This document shows positions 30,450 to 41,163 of a DNA stretch of 64,000 nucleotides, one piece after another. The notes under the pieces are model-generated. The model was not told the origin of the DNA. It made no database searches and saw only the letters and a list, made by a program, of their open reading frames with translations. The DNA is from Clostridiales bacterium. Its GTDB lineage: Bacteria; Bacillota; Clostridia; Saccharofermentanales; Saccharofermentanaceae. The stretch lies in contig JAFWDK010000019.1 of the NCBI GenBank assembly GCA_017513085.1, forward strand, positions 96,001 through 160,000, given 5' to 3'. Every line of letters begins with the position of its first letter. Position 1 is the first letter of the stretch. The position numbers and the translations under genes are program-made.

Positions 30450-30602
30450 ACGCTACTCCTGATTCTCACTTTTAAACCGACACTTTTATACAATGTGTCG
30501 ATTTCACAACACTTGTCCATATAATGCTGATTGTAACTTCAACACCTGTCGATTACAATAATTTTGTGAAATGGAGCAATATCATTTCCCATTTATGCCT
30601 AA

Positions 30603-30647
30603 AAAATGATGCATCACTTGACAAAGGTCCAAGTGATGCATCATTTT
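30603..30647. terminator. Long perfect hairpin, terminator of deacetylase gene
   Basis: AAAATGATGCATCACTTG-9 nt-CAAGTGATGCATCATTTT (18-bp arms). Confidence 0.75.
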
Positions 30648-30689
30648 GTATACAGATTAATACTCTTCGTTACCGATCGTTCGGAATTC

Positions 30690-31742
30690 TTACGAATACA
30701 GCTTCTGCTCAATATAGATCTTGCCGTTACTGTATACATAACGTACACCGATAACTCCGCCTCCTGGTGCCGCTGTAGCTTCTTCAGCTGTATATCCACC
30801 GCTGATCGCCTTGTCTACAGTAAGATCTGTCTGGGCAGCCAGAAGTTCCGATACGGTTACGAATGTGAATCCCTTCTCCTTCAGACCTTTGATCATTGCC
30901 GGAAGAGAATCCACCGTTGACTTATGCACATCGTGTAAAAGGACACAGTCGTTAGCAATTGCATGCTCCACAACATAATTAGCCGTGTACTCCGCGTCGC
31001 CATTCGCCGGCTTCGCCCAGTCACTCGGACAACTGGAGTCATTCCAGTTCACAATAAACTGATGGTTTTCTCTGGCATAGTCGAAAAGACCTTTCTGCTT
31101 CGCACCTGCGCCCGTCGGCGGACGGATGACCGTCGCCTTCTGTCCGATTTTAGCCATCAGGACGTCATCACACTTCTTGAGTTGATTGATCGCTTCGTCA
31201 TATTCCACCTTGGAAAGCGTGGCATGGCTCCATGTATGGTTACCGATCTCGCATCCCTGGTCCACCATTCTCTGGAGAACAGAAGCATCCGTTCCATCCA
31301 CACACTGTCCGATCATAAAGAAGGTCGCGGTGATACCTTCCTCTTTCAGCGTATCCAGAACCTGTGTCGTATACTGGCTCGGACCATCATCGAAAGTCAG
31401 CGCGATAAGCTTCGCGCCCTCAGGATAAGTAGCTCTGCTCACTGGAACCGCCTCGGCAGTCGTCGCACTCGTATCAGGTGTTGTATCTGCTTGAGTCTCG
31501 GACTCGGAAACATCAGTATCGGATGACGGCGCAAGCGTTGCTTCTCCCGTCGTAGTTGTTGGTGAAGACTCATCTTTAGCTGATACCTTGTTGATCGAAG
31601 AGATCAAGAAAACAAAGGCACAAAAGAGGATCATAAACACAGTAAAAAGACATAGAGCCGTGTTCCGCAAAGCATTCAGCTGCTTCGTCAACGTCCGCTT
31701 AGGATTCTGACTCGGTTTACGCGGCATTTGTGAGTAACTCAT
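30690..31742 (-). CDS. Membrane-anchored polysaccharide deacetylase (CE4/NodB)
   Basis: N-terminal TM, S/T-rich linker, TFDDGP, NHTWSH, RPP, LLHD. Confidence 0.9.
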   Translation of the reverse strand: MSYSQMPRKPSQNPKRTLTKQLNALRNTALCLFTVFMILFCAFVFLISSINKVSAKDESSPTTTTGEATLAPSSDTDVSESETQADTTPDTSATTAEAVPVSRATYPEGAKLIALTFDDGPSQYTTQVLDTLKEEGITATFFMIGQCVDGTDASVLQRMVDQGCEIGNHTWSHATLSKVEYDEAINQLKKCDDVLMAKIGQKATVIRPPTGAGAKQKGLFDYARENHQFIVNWNDSSCPSDWAKPANGDAEYTANYVVEHAIANDCVLLHDVHKSTVDSLPAMIKGLKEKGFTFVTVSELLAAQTDLTVDKAISGGYTAEEATAAPGGGVIGVRYVYSNGKIYIEQKLYS

Positions 31743-31865
31743 GGAAATGGCCTCCTTGATTCCTAAATCATCATTTTCCAGTCTGATTATAGCATACCTT
31801 TATATAGTACAACACCGAAAAAGCACTTCCATCACTATTTTGTCACATAGTTATAATCCTGCTGA

Positions 31866-31905
31866 AAATATATAAGAGGCTGGCTCACTTTCATGAGACA
31901 GCCTC
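31866..31905 (-). terminator. Terminator after fba
   Basis: GAGGCTG.CTCA / TGAG.CAGCCTC stem followed by T-rich tract. Confidence 0.65.
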
Positions 31906-31936
31906 GTGATGTTCATGCAATTATGGTCTTCGACGA

Positions 31937-32905
31937 TCAAGCCTTACCATCAGAACCCAGAACGTACTTGATCTTATGAGCAACCATATCCTTAACAGCC
32001 TGACGAGCCGGCTTCAGATATTGACGAGGATCGAAGTGATCCGGATGCTCTGCGAAATACTTACGGATGTTACCTGTCATAGCAAGACGGATGTCAGAGT
32101 CGATGTTGATCTTGCAAACAGCCAGAGTAGCTGCCTTACGGAGCTGTTCCTCCGGAATACCAACTGCATCCGGCATATTTCCGCCATACTGGTTAACCAT
32201 CTTAACGAATTCCTGCGGAACAGAAGAAGAACCATGGAGAACGATCGGGAAGCCCGGGAGCTTCTTCATGCACTCTTCAAGAACGTCGAAGCGGAGCGGC
32301 GGCGGAACGAGGATACCTTCCTCATTTCTTGTGCACTGAGCAGCTGTGAACTTGTAAGCACCATGGGAAGTACCGATAGCAATAGCCAGGGAGTCACAAC
32401 CTGTTCTGCTTACGAACTCTTCAACTTCTTCCGGACGTGTGTAGGACTCATGACCAGCCTCTACAACAACTTCATCCTCGATACCGGCCAGTGTTCCGAG
32501 CTCAGCCTCAACAACAACACCGTGAGCGTGAGCATACTCAACAACCTGCTTGGTCAGAGCGATATTGTCCTCGAAAGACTTGGAGGAAGCATCGATCATG
32601 ACGGAAGTAAAACCACCATCGATGCAGGACTTACAGAGTTCGAAGGAATCACCATGGTCAAGGTGCAGAGCGATCGGGATCTCCGGATTCTCAGCTACAG
32701 CAGCCTCAACGAGTTTTACAAGATAAGTGTGATTAGCATAAGCTCTTGCGCCCTTACTAACCTGAAGGATAACCGGGCTCTTCAGTTCGCCTGCAGCCTC
32801 TGTGATACCCTGAACGATTTCCATGTTGTTTACGTTGAAAGCACCAACAGCATAACCGCCATCATAGGCTTTCTTAAACATTTCAGTAGTAGTTACTAAT
32901 GCCAT
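31937..32905 (-). CDS. fba: Fructose-bisphosphate aldolase class II
   Basis: GAFNVNN, HLDHG, SVMIDAS, EAELG, GTSHGAYK, VLHGSS. Confidence 0.96.
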   Translation of the reverse strand: MALVTTTEMFKKAYDGGYAVGAFNVNNMEIVQGITEAAGELKSPVILQVSKGARAYANHTYLVKLVEAAVAENPEIPIALHLDHGDSFELCKSCIDGGFTSVMIDASSKSFEDNIALTKQVVEYAHAHGVVVEAELGTLAGIEDEVVVEAGHESYTRPEEVEEFVSRTGCDSLAIAIGTSHGAYKFTAAQCTRNEEGILVPPPLRFDVLEECMKKLPGFPIVLHGSSSVPQEFVKMVNQYGGNMPDAVGIPEEQLRKAATLAVCKINIDSDIRLAMTGNIRKYFAEHPDHFDPRQYLKPARQAVKDMVAHKIKYVLGSDGKA

Positions 32906-32968
32906 AATGAATCTCTCCTTTATGATTAATACTTATATATGTATGCAAAATAATTTACACCATAGGTT

Positions 32969-32997
32969 ATTGTAAAGTGAAGAGTGCTTTTCGTCAA
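32969..32997 (-). promoter_or_regulatory. Sigma-A promoter of fba
   Basis: TTGACG-17 nt-TACAAT. Confidence 0.65.
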
Positions 32998-33035
32998 TGA
33001 AAAATCTTTAAACTCTCCGCATTTTCAAGCAAGGA

Positions 33036-33857
33036 TCACTCCTCGTCTTTCTTTGTTTCCTCTTCGATTTCCGCCTTGACTTCTTCTACTGCCTCATCAA
33101 CAGTTTCTTCCGCCTTGGCTGCCTCTTCTTCGAGGATCTTGGCTGCTTCTTCCTCCGCCTGCTCCTGCTTAGCCTTGATCTGAGCAGCCTTTTCTTCTTT
33201 CTGTTCATTCATGGCGCTGTTTACCAGAGAAGTGAAATCCTCTCCGCTTGCGTCTTTGGCCTTTTCGTCGTCGGTCTTGAGGGCATCGTACTTTTCCTTA
33301 GCCTTGTATACGGAAGAAACCAGTTTTGCTTCCTTAAGAAGCGTATCAAAGTCCTCCTGGGTCGCCAGATCCTTGGAAGATGTCTGATAGCAGACTTCTT
33401 CATATACATTGTCCAGAACAAGATAGTCCAGTTTTTTCATGTTTGCGCCCAGCGCGGAATTCTGAAGCATCTGGGTAGCACGGTCTGCAGCACCCTCACG
33501 TGCATCGAAGGAATCATACGGGATCTTGATCTTGGAAAACATATAACGAAGAACAACTTCGTTATTCTTATAGTCCATCGCCACACGATATTTAGCAATC
33601 ACGAAAGTGTGAATAAACACAATAGCGGCAATCAGGAAGATCACGCCGGAAACCGCCCAGATCAGGATACTCGGTGTTTCACCGCCGACCAGGAGATATC
33701 CGACCAGACCGCAGATCAATACCATCACGATCAGTGTAATGATCCTTCTTTTCAGGATCTGGGACTTAGACGCCGGGAAACAGTGAACTGTATTCTTCGG
33801 AAGCTTATCCAGGTCCTCCTGCGGGATCTCGATTATTTTCTCTTCATTTTCACTCAT
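33036..33857 (-). CDS. Hypothetical two-TM membrane protein with acidic/Ala-rich coiled tail
   Basis: GGAGG RBS, two hydrophobic helices, E/A/K-rich C-terminus; 21 nt after valS stop. Confidence 0.75.
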   Translation of the reverse strand: MSENEEKIIEIPQEDLDKLPKNTVHCFPASKSQILKRRIITLIVMVLICGLVGYLLVGGETPSILIWAVSGVIFLIAAIVFIHTFVIAKYRVAMDYKNNEVVLRYMFSKIKIPYDSFDAREGAADRATQMLQNSALGANMKKLDYLVLDNVYEEVCYQTSSKDLATQEDFDTLLKEAKLVSSVYKAKEKYDALKTDDEKAKDASGEDFTSLVNSAMNEQKEEKAAQIKAKQEQAEEEAAKILEEEAAKAEETVDEAVEEVKAEIEEETKKDEE

Positions 33858-33878
33858 ACGCAAACCCTCCAAATTGCA

Positions 33879-36533
33879 TTACTTTTTCAAAGCATTGATT
33901 CTCGTCGTAACATTATCAAGCATCTCCTGATACTTCGCCTGCTTTTCACGTTCAGCGGCAATAACTTTCTCCGGAGCTTTCTTGACGAACTCCTCATTGG
34001 CGAGCTTACCGTTTACCCGCTTCATTTCACCTTCAAGTCTTTCCTTCTCTTTACCGAGGCGTTCCAGTTCCTTATCGATATCGATCAGATCCTCAAGCGG
34101 GATATAGATCTCACCTGCGGAACAAACACAAGCAACCGCTGTATCCGGAATACCTTCCTTATCAGCCTTGGTCTCCACTTCGGTAACGTTAGCAAGACGC
34201 TGCAGGAATGCTTTACCGTCAATAAACATGTTGCGGTTCTTCTCTTCGGAAGAAACAAGGATCATGCCGATCTTACGGGACGGAACAACACCCATATCTG
34301 TTCTTACATTACGGATGGAACGGATCGCATCCATAAGGATCTCCATCTGCTTCTCTTCCTCCAGGAATACTTCGTTCTCACGATACTCCGGCCAGTCAGA
34401 GATCATGATCGACTCGTCCTTCTCCTTCAGAACAAGGTAAGTATACACTTCTTCCGTCAGGAACGGCATGAACGGGTGCAGGAGCTGCATGGAACGACCG
34501 AGAACATCGTTAAGGATGTACTGCGCTTCTTTTCTCGTGCTGCATTCCTTATCGAAGAGACGAGACTTCGCAATCTCGATATACCAGTCACAGTATTCTT
34601 CCCAGATGAAGGAGTTGATCTTCGAGAGCGCCACACCGAATTCATAGTTATCGAAGTTATCGGTGACTTCCTTGATGACCTGATTCATACGGGACAAGAT
34701 CCACTTATCTTCAAGGGTATACTTAGAAGGATCCACATCATCAAAAGTAAGATCTTCTTCGCAATTCATAAGAACGAAGCGCATCGCGTTCCAGATCTTA
34801 TTACCGAAGTTTCTTCCGGCTTCGATCTTATCCTGCTGGAAACGCTGATCGTTACCCGGCGCATTACCGGTAACCAGTGCATAACGCAGGGCATCTGCAC
34901 CAAACTGGTCGATGATCTCCAACGGATCGATTCCGTTACCCAAAGACTTACTCATCTTTCTGCCCTGAGAGTCACGAACCAGACCATGGATCAGAACAGT
35001 ATCAAAAGGTGTCTCCTTCATGTGTGCGCAACCTGCCACGATCATACGGGAAACCCAGAAAGTGATGATATCGTATCCGGTAACCAGAGTATTCGTCGGA
35101 TAATAGCGCTTCAGGTCTGCTGTCTCTTCCGGCCAGCCCAATGTAGAGAAAGGCCACAATGCCGATGAGAACCATGTATCAAGAGTATCAGGATCCTGAC
35201 GCATCGGCTTTCCGCACTTCGGACAAACCGCGCTGTCTTCCTTGGTCACAACCAGTTCTCCACAATCATCGCAGTAGAAAGCCGGAATACGGTGACCCCA
35301 CCACAGCTGACGGGAGATACACCAGTCACGGATATCCTCCATCCAGTTGAAATAGTTCTTCTCGAATCTTTCCGGAACGAACTTTGTCTTACCGGAGCGT
35401 ACAGCTTCGATCGCCGGTTCTGCCAGAGTCTTCATCTTTACGAACCACTGCAGGGAAACTCTCGGTTCAACAGTCGTACCGCAACGGTAGCAGGTACCTA
35501 CGTTATGGGCATGCGGCTCTACCTTGATGAGGAAACCGCCCTCTTCGAGATCCTTGACGATCTCTTTTCTCGCTTCATAGCGATCCATGCCGGCATACTT
35601 CGGATAATCATCCGTGATCTTCGCGTCTTCAGTAAGAACCGTGATCACTTCGAGGTTATGGCGAAGTCCTACTTCAAAGTCATTCGGGTCGTGTGCCGGA
35701 GTGATCTTAACGACACCGGTACCGAATTCGATATCCACATAACTGTCTGCAATGACAGGGATCTTCCTTCCAACGAGCGGGAGAACGAGCATCTTGCCGA
35801 CAACATCCTTATAACGCTCATCTTTCGGGTTTACAGCTACCGCAGTATCACCGAGGAGAGTCTCCGGACGGGTAGTAGCAAGTTCCAGATATCCTGAACC
35901 ATCCTCGAAAGGATAACGCAAATGCCAGAAAGAGCCCTGCTGATCTTCGTATTCAACTTCGGCATTAGAGATCGAAGTCAGGCATTTCGGGCACCAGTTG
36001 ATGATGCGCTCGCCACGATAGATCAGGCCTTCGTTATAGTACTTGATAAAAACTTCTTTTACAGCTTTAGAACAGCCTTCGTCCATGGTGAAACGCTCAT
36101 GGGACCAGTCACATGAAGAACCGATCTTCTTAAGCTGTTCAACAATACGTCCGCCATACTGTTTCTTCCATTCCCATGCACGCTCCAGGAACTTATCTCT
36201 TCCCAGATCGTCCTTGGTCAGGCCTTCTTCTTTCATCGTCGCTACGATCCTCGCCTCAGTTGCGATAGATGCGTGGTCTGTTCCCGGAACCCAAAGAGTC
36301 TCGAATCCCTTCATTCTCTTATATCTTACAAGGATATCCTGAAGAGTATTATCCAGCGCATGACCCATATGCAGCTGACCGGTGATATTCGGCGGCGGCA
36401 TGACAATACAAAAAGATTCTTTGCTGGGATCGACGACCGGCTTAAAGTATCCTTTCTCCATCCATGTGGAATAGAGTCTACTCTCCGCTTCCTTCGGATC
36501 AAAAGCCTTGCTGATATTATCTGTACGTGCCAT
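33879..36533 (-). CDS. valS: Valine--tRNA ligase
   Basis: PPPNITGQLHMGH, DWCISRQLWWGH, KMSKS, C-terminal coiled coil. Confidence 0.98.
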   Translation of the reverse strand: MARTDNISKAFDPKEAESRLYSTWMEKGYFKPVVDPSKESFCIVMPPPNITGQLHMGHALDNTLQDILVRYKRMKGFETLWVPGTDHASIATEARIVATMKEEGLTKDDLGRDKFLERAWEWKKQYGGRIVEQLKKIGSSCDWSHERFTMDEGCSKAVKEVFIKYYNEGLIYRGERIINWCPKCLTSISNAEVEYEDQQGSFWHLRYPFEDGSGYLELATTRPETLLGDTAVAVNPKDERYKDVVGKMLVLPLVGRKIPVIADSYVDIEFGTGVVKITPAHDPNDFEVGLRHNLEVITVLTEDAKITDDYPKYAGMDRYEARKEIVKDLEEGGFLIKVEPHAHNVGTCYRCGTTVEPRVSLQWFVKMKTLAEPAIEAVRSGKTKFVPERFEKNYFNWMEDIRDWCISRQLWWGHRIPAFYCDDCGELVVTKEDSAVCPKCGKPMRQDPDTLDTWFSSALWPFSTLGWPEETADLKRYYPTNTLVTGYDIITFWVSRMIVAGCAHMKETPFDTVLIHGLVRDSQGRKMSKSLGNGIDPLEIIDQFGADALRYALVTGNAPGNDQRFQQDKIEAGRNFGNKIWNAMRFVLMNCEEDLTFDDVDPSKYTLEDKWILSRMNQVIKEVTDNFDNYEFGVALSKINSFIWEEYCDWYIEIAKSRLFDKECSTRKEAQYILNDVLGRSMQLLHPFMPFLTEEVYTYLVLKEKDESIMISDWPEYRENEVFLEEEKQMEILMDAIRSIRNVRTDMGVVPSRKIGMILVSSEEKNRNMFIDGKAFLQRLANVTEVETKADKEGIPDTAVACVCSAGEIYIPLEDLIDIDKELERLGKEKERLEGEMKRVNGKLANEEFVKKAPEKVIAAEREKQAKYQEMLDNVTTRINALKK

Positions 36534-36630
36534 CTTATCCCTCCAAATCTGAAATAGAAAACGCTCCATGCTTGCTTATTTTAAGCGGAAAAGCACGAGC
36601 GTTTCCAAAAGAATATTTTACTACAAATAC

Positions 36631-38316
36631 TTATTTCTGGCTATCTCTTTTTCTTATTTCTGCGCGCTTGATCTTTCCGCTAGTGGTCTTCGGCAACTCA
36701 TCGACGTATTCCACGACTCGCGGATACTTATAAGGCGCCGTCGTCTTCTTAACATGGTTCTGAAGCGTCTTGGTCAATTCCTCCGACGGGGAATAACCCT
36801 TAGCCAGCACGATAGTAGCCTTTACGGCAAATCCTCTGACCGGATCCGGAACGCCTGTTACCGCGCACTCCAGTACAGCTGGGTGTTCCATCAAGGCACT
36901 CTCGACCTCAAAAGGTCCGATACGGTAACCGGAAGACTTGATTACGTCATCCACACGACCGACATACCAGAGGAAACCGAGCTCATCGCGGTAAGCGGTA
37001 TCACCTGTATGATACAGTCCGTCATGCCAGGATTTCTCCATCGCTTCCGGGTTCTCCTCGTAGCGCAGAAGCAATCCAACCGGACGCCCACCGTACTCTT
37101 CGCTTGTACGGATGCAGATCTCACCTGTCACACCGGTCGGGCACTCGTTGCCATCCGGATCGACTACTGCAACATGGAAGCCGGGTACCGGGTAACCCAT
37201 GGAACCGGTTCTTGGAAGTACCCACGGGAAATATGTTCCGCAAACAACGGATGTCTCGGACTGGCCGAAACCTTCGTAGATCTTGCAACCGGTATTCTTC
37301 AGCCACTGGTTATATACCTCAGGATTCAACGCCTCACCGGCTGTGCAGCAATGCTTGAGATGTGAAAAGTCATATCCCTCGAAGCTCTCTTTGATCATGA
37401 AACGGTACATCGTCGGCGGTGCGCAGAAAGTCGTGATCTTATAATCGCAGATCTTCTTCAGGATATCCGCACCATTAAACTTATCGAAATCATAGATGAA
37501 CAATGTCGCTTCACCGAACCACTGTCCATAGAACTTACCCCACATGCACTTCATCCAGCCTGTATCGGAGATCGTAAAGTGAAGCTTTCCGTCTTCTACA
37601 CGATGCCAGAATACACCCGTAAACAAATGTCCCAGCGGGAGGGTATGGTCATGGAGAACCATCTTCGGGTATCCCGTCGTTCCGGACGAGAAGCACATCA
37701 GCATCGGGTCAGTTACGATCGTTCCCTCTTCGCCTGTTGGTCTTGTCCACTCGTCACTCTGCTTGGCAACTTCCGCATCAAAATCGATCCAGCCGTCTTT
37801 CTTCTTGCCCCATGTTACGCAACGGATGACCTCATGATCGTACTGATCCTGATCTTCGTCAAAACGCTCTGTGCAATCATCATCGCCCGTGATGACCGCC
37901 ATCTTGATATGTGCGCTGTTGATACGGTAAACATAGTCTTTCGCCATCAACTGGTTGGTCGCCATAACCGTTACGGCACCGATTTTATGGAGAGCCAGTA
38001 CGGAAAACCAGAACTGGTATCCTCTCTTCAAAACCAGAAGAACGCGGTCGCCCTTCTTGATGCCCTGGCTCTTAAAGAAGTTCGCTGTCATGTTGGAGTA
38101 TTTTCTGACGTCTCCAAACGTAAAACGCTTTTCTTCGTTATGCTTGCTGACCCAGAGGATCGCCGGCTTATCCGGTGTTCTCTCTGCAATCACATCCATA
38201 ACATCGTACGCAAAGTTAAATGTTTTCGGATAAGTAACCTTGTAGTTCTTCTGTAAATCGTCCAGTGTAACGAAATCGTCTCTGTTTCGTCCTACAAAAT
38301 CTTCATAAATCGCCAC
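36631..38316 (-). CDS. AMP-forming acyl-CoA synthetase
   Basis: FSSGTTGYPK, EGFGQSET, YHTGD, GYRIGPFEVES, PKTTSGKIKR. Confidence 0.92.
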   Translation of the reverse strand: MAIYEDFVGRNRDDFVTLDDLQKNYKVTYPKTFNFAYDVMDVIAERTPDKPAILWVSKHNEEKRFTFGDVRKYSNMTANFFKSQGIKKGDRVLLVLKRGYQFWFSVLALHKIGAVTVMATNQLMAKDYVYRINSAHIKMAVITGDDDCTERFDEDQDQYDHEVIRCVTWGKKKDGWIDFDAEVAKQSDEWTRPTGEEGTIVTDPMLMCFSSGTTGYPKMVLHDHTLPLGHLFTGVFWHRVEDGKLHFTISDTGWMKCMWGKFYGQWFGEATLFIYDFDKFNGADILKKICDYKITTFCAPPTMYRFMIKESFEGYDFSHLKHCCTAGEALNPEVYNQWLKNTGCKIYEGFGQSETSVVCGTYFPWVLPRTGSMGYPVPGFHVAVVDPDGNECPTGVTGEICIRTSEEYGGRPVGLLLRYEENPEAMEKSWHDGLYHTGDTAYRDELGFLWYVGRVDDVIKSSGYRIGPFEVESALMEHPAVLECAVTGVPDPVRGFAVKATIVLAKGYSPSEELTKTLQNHVKKTTAPYKYPRVVEYVDELPKTTSGKIKRAEIRKRDSQK

Positions 38317-38319
38317 GGA

Positions 38320-38883
38320 TCAAATATCTCCCTTCATAACTATCGCCAGGAATTTACACGGCTTGTTGTTATTTGCCTTCATGGCATGCGGATAATCGGA
38401 ATTGAAGTAGACGCTGTCGCCTTCGTTCAGTTCATATACGATATCTCCGATATAGAAAGTCATAGAACCTTCGACCACATAGTCGAATTCCTGTCCCTCG
38501 TGGGCGTGCTGGGTCGGCTTTTCAATATCGTTCGGCTCAACGGTAACCAGGAAAGGATCTGCAATTTTCTTTCTGAAAGTAAATGCCAGATGCTTATAGT
38601 TATACGCTGCACGGCGGTCGATCTCGAATCCTTCTCCCTTTCTTACCACGCAGGCAATGGAGAGCTTCGGTGAGTCGCCTACCATGATGTCGACCATATC
38701 GACACCGAGAATCACCGCGACATTATTAAGAAAAGAGACAGAAAAGTCCTTCTTTCCCTGTTCATAAAGAATGTAATCTTCTTCGGATACTTCACATCTT
38801 GCTGCCATGGTGGCCACATCGATCTCTTCGATTTCACGAAGTGCGGCAATTCGCTCGCCGATCTGACGCAATTGATCTGTCAT
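38320..38883 (-). CDS. XRE-HTH plus cupin regulator
   Basis: IGERIAALRE HTH; HAHEGQEF...EGDSVYF..PH cupin; AGGAGG RBS. Confidence 0.9.
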   Translation of the reverse strand: MTDQLRQIGERIAALREIEEIDVATMAARCEVSEEDYILYEQGKKDFSVSFLNNVAVILGVDMVDIMVGDSPKLSIACVVRKGEGFEIDRRAAYNYKHLAFTFRKKIADPFLVTVEPNDIEKPTQHAHEGQEFDYVVEGSMTFYIGDIVYELNEGDSVYFNSDYPHAMKANNNKPCKFLAIVMKGDI

Positions 38884-39046
38884 AGCTATTCCTCCTGATA
38901 CATAATAGGCATAATTCCGGATAATTTCCCAGAGTATTAGTCCTATTATAATAGATTTCACCTTTCAAAGTGTCAACTGACAAAATCATCAAATGTATTG
39001 TATAATGAAAAAACAATAAGATTTCGAGCATTTTTCGGAGGTTTTT

Positions 39047-40036
39047 ATGGACAACCAGGCAACCGCAGCAGACACAACCGTATGTTCCAGAATCATTAAC
39101 AATGTTAACCAGGTCATCGTCGGAAAAGACAAGCAGATCGAACTCCTTATGGTCGCTCTTCTTGTCGGAGGCCACGTTCTTCTCGAAGACGTTCCTGGAA
39201 CCGGCAAGACCAAAACTGCGCGTGCGCTGGCACAGTCTTTGAAACTAGATTTTAAGCGTGTACAGTTCACGATCGACCTTTTGCCGTCAGACCTTACCGG
39301 CATTAACTATTACGATCGGAGCGCCGAGAAATTCGTATTCCGTCCGGGTCCGCTATTCACAAATATCCTTCTGGCAGACGAGATCAACCGCGCCACCGCC
39401 AGGACGCAGTCCAGCCTTCTGGAATGCATGGAAGAAAAGCAGGTCACCGTAGATGGGCAGACCCATGTTCTCCCGCCTCCGTTCCTGGTCATCGCTACCC
39501 AGAACCCGATTGAATCCCAGGGTACATTCCCTCTTCCGGAAGCCCAACTCGACCGTTTCCTGATGCAGCTTTCCATGAATTATCCGACACACGAAGAGAG
39601 CATCGCTATCCTTAAGCGTTTCGCGACAGACGACCCGCTGACCACCTTGTCATCCGTGGCTTCACCGGAAGAGCTTCTCGCGATGCAGCAGGAAGCCAAA
39701 CAAGTCTTTGTTGCCGACGCCCTTTACGAATATGCCACAGCAATCGTGGAAGAGACCCGGAATCATCTGCAGGTCCGCGTAGGCGCCAGCCCGCGAGCAC
39801 TTCTCGCATACGTTTCCGCGGCAAAAGCACTTGCTCTTCTCCGTGGCCGTAAGTTCTGCACGCCTGATGATTTCAAGAGACTTTCCGTGCCTGTACTGGC
39901 ACACCGTCTCTCAGTCCACGCTTCCGCTTCATTTTCATCAGAAGGCGCATTTATGAGCCAGCACGATATGGCAGCTTCCGTAATCAAGTCGATCGTGGAT
40001 AAAGTTCCTTGTCCGACGGAGGATTTTTCCCGCTAA
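39047..40036 (+). CDS. MoxR family AAA+ ATPase
   Basis: HVLLEDVPGTGKT, LADEINRA, ATQNPIE, LPEAQLDRF. Confidence 0.95.
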   Translation: MDNQATAADTTVCSRIINNVNQVIVGKDKQIELLMVALLVGGHVLLEDVPGTGKTKTARALAQSLKLDFKRVQFTIDLLPSDLTGINYYDRSAEKFVFRPGPLFTNILLADEINRATARTQSSLLECMEEKQVTVDGQTHVLPPPFLVIATQNPIESQGTFPLPEAQLDRFLMQLSMNYPTHEESIAILKRFATDDPLTTLSSVASPEELLAMQQEAKQVFVADALYEYATAIVEETRNHLQVRVGASPRALLAYVSAAKALALLRGRKFCTPDDFKRLSVPVLAHRLSVHASASFSSEGAFMSQHDMAASVIKSIVDKVPCPTEDFSR

Positions 40037-41163
40037 TGACGATCGTAGTCTTTCTGATAATTGTGGGGCTGATGGTAGTGGCCGAATTCATTTACTACCG
40101 CAGACACGCCTTTGACGACATTGATCTGGACGTGCAGTTTTCGCGCCCTATCGCCAATCACGGCGAGATCATCGAAGTGATCGAGGTTTCCCAGAACAAC
40201 AAGAGACTACCTCTTCCATTTCTGCTTCTCAAATTCGAATCACCAATGGTTCTGGAGTTTCAGGATATGACCAACACATCGGTCTCTGACTATCTTTACC
40301 GCGAAGATATGCTGACCATGAAGCCCTATTCGAAGCATACCCGGACAATTAAGGCCCGCTGCTCACATCGCGGATATTATGCCTTCGCGCGCGTCAATAT
40401 CACCACGGCCGACCTTCTTCTCATGGCAAAGCTGACGAAAGAATTTCCTTCTAATGCTTCGATCACGATCCTTCCTGAACTGGTCGATCCATCTTCGATA
40501 AAAACATTATTATCTGTTACTTTCAGCGAAGTCGTGCAAAGAAGAACGTTGCTCACCGATCCGTTTACTTTTGCAGGGATCCGAGACTACCAGCCCTGGG
40601 ATCCGATGAAATCCATCAACTGGACTGCCACTGCCAAGGCCGGTGATTTTATGGTCAATACAAATGCTTCCACATCCATGAAGCAGGTTTCCATCTACGT
40701 AAATCTAGAGTATTACAACATGAAGAAGTCCGACTCCTTGCTGGAAAAGTCTATCAGTTTGGCTTATTCGTATATTCTGGAGCTTTCCAAGCTCGGCATT
40801 CCTACAGCTCTTTATACTAACGGAATGGACATCTTAAACGATACTCCCGTTATTTCCCGCACCAATTGCGATCTGTCCAATGTCTCGCAGCGCGGTATCG
40901 AGCTCGCCAGGATCGACCTTGAAAAAGAAGTTCTTCCCTTTCCGCAGCTTTTGGAAGAAAACGCGATGAAACTTAAAGATGAGTTCATTGTCGTGATCTC
41001 GCCCAAATACGATGGCAGTTTTATTCCTGCCCTTCTGAGACTGAAGAGTCACGCTTCGTCTATGCTTTGGGTAATGCCTGCTTACAAGGCGTCACCCAAG
41101 CCCGCAATCGACAGTGCTCTTCAACAGAATTACTTCAGATGGGAGGTTTTAGGCCATGACTGA
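40036..41163 (+). CDS. DUF58 domain protein
   Basis: RGYY, GIRDYQPWDPMKSINWTATAK; TAATG coupling to moxR. Confidence 0.85.
   Translation: MTIVVFLIIVGLMVVAEFIYYRRHAFDDIDLDVQFSRPIANHGEIIEVIEVSQNNKRLPLPFLLLKFESPMVLEFQDMTNTSVSDYLYREDMLTMKPYSKHTRTIKARCSHRGYYAFARVNITTADLLLMAKLTKEFPSNASITILPELVDPSSIKTLLSVTFSEVVQRRTLLTDPFTFAGIRDYQPWDPMKSINWTATAKAGDFMVNTNASTSMKQVSIYVNLEYYNMKKSDSLLEKSISLAYSYILELSKLGIPTALYTNGMDILNDTPVISRTNCDLSNVSQRGIELARIDLEKEVLPFPQLLEENAMKLKDEFIVVISPKYDGSFIPALLRLKSHASSMLWVMPAYKASPKPAIDSALQQNYFRWEVLGHD

Noticed and set aside
30603-30647. 18-bp perfect inverted repeat as a mobile-element end or CRISPR unit
   Set aside because: Single copy with A/T flanks directly after a stop codon region; best explained as a terminator.
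33609-35168. Long antisense ORFs (also 12837-14039, 22895-24328, 25848-27191, 45656-46687, 58995-60065)
   Set aside because: Shadow frames of well-conserved genes with no recognisable motifs; explained by codon bias.
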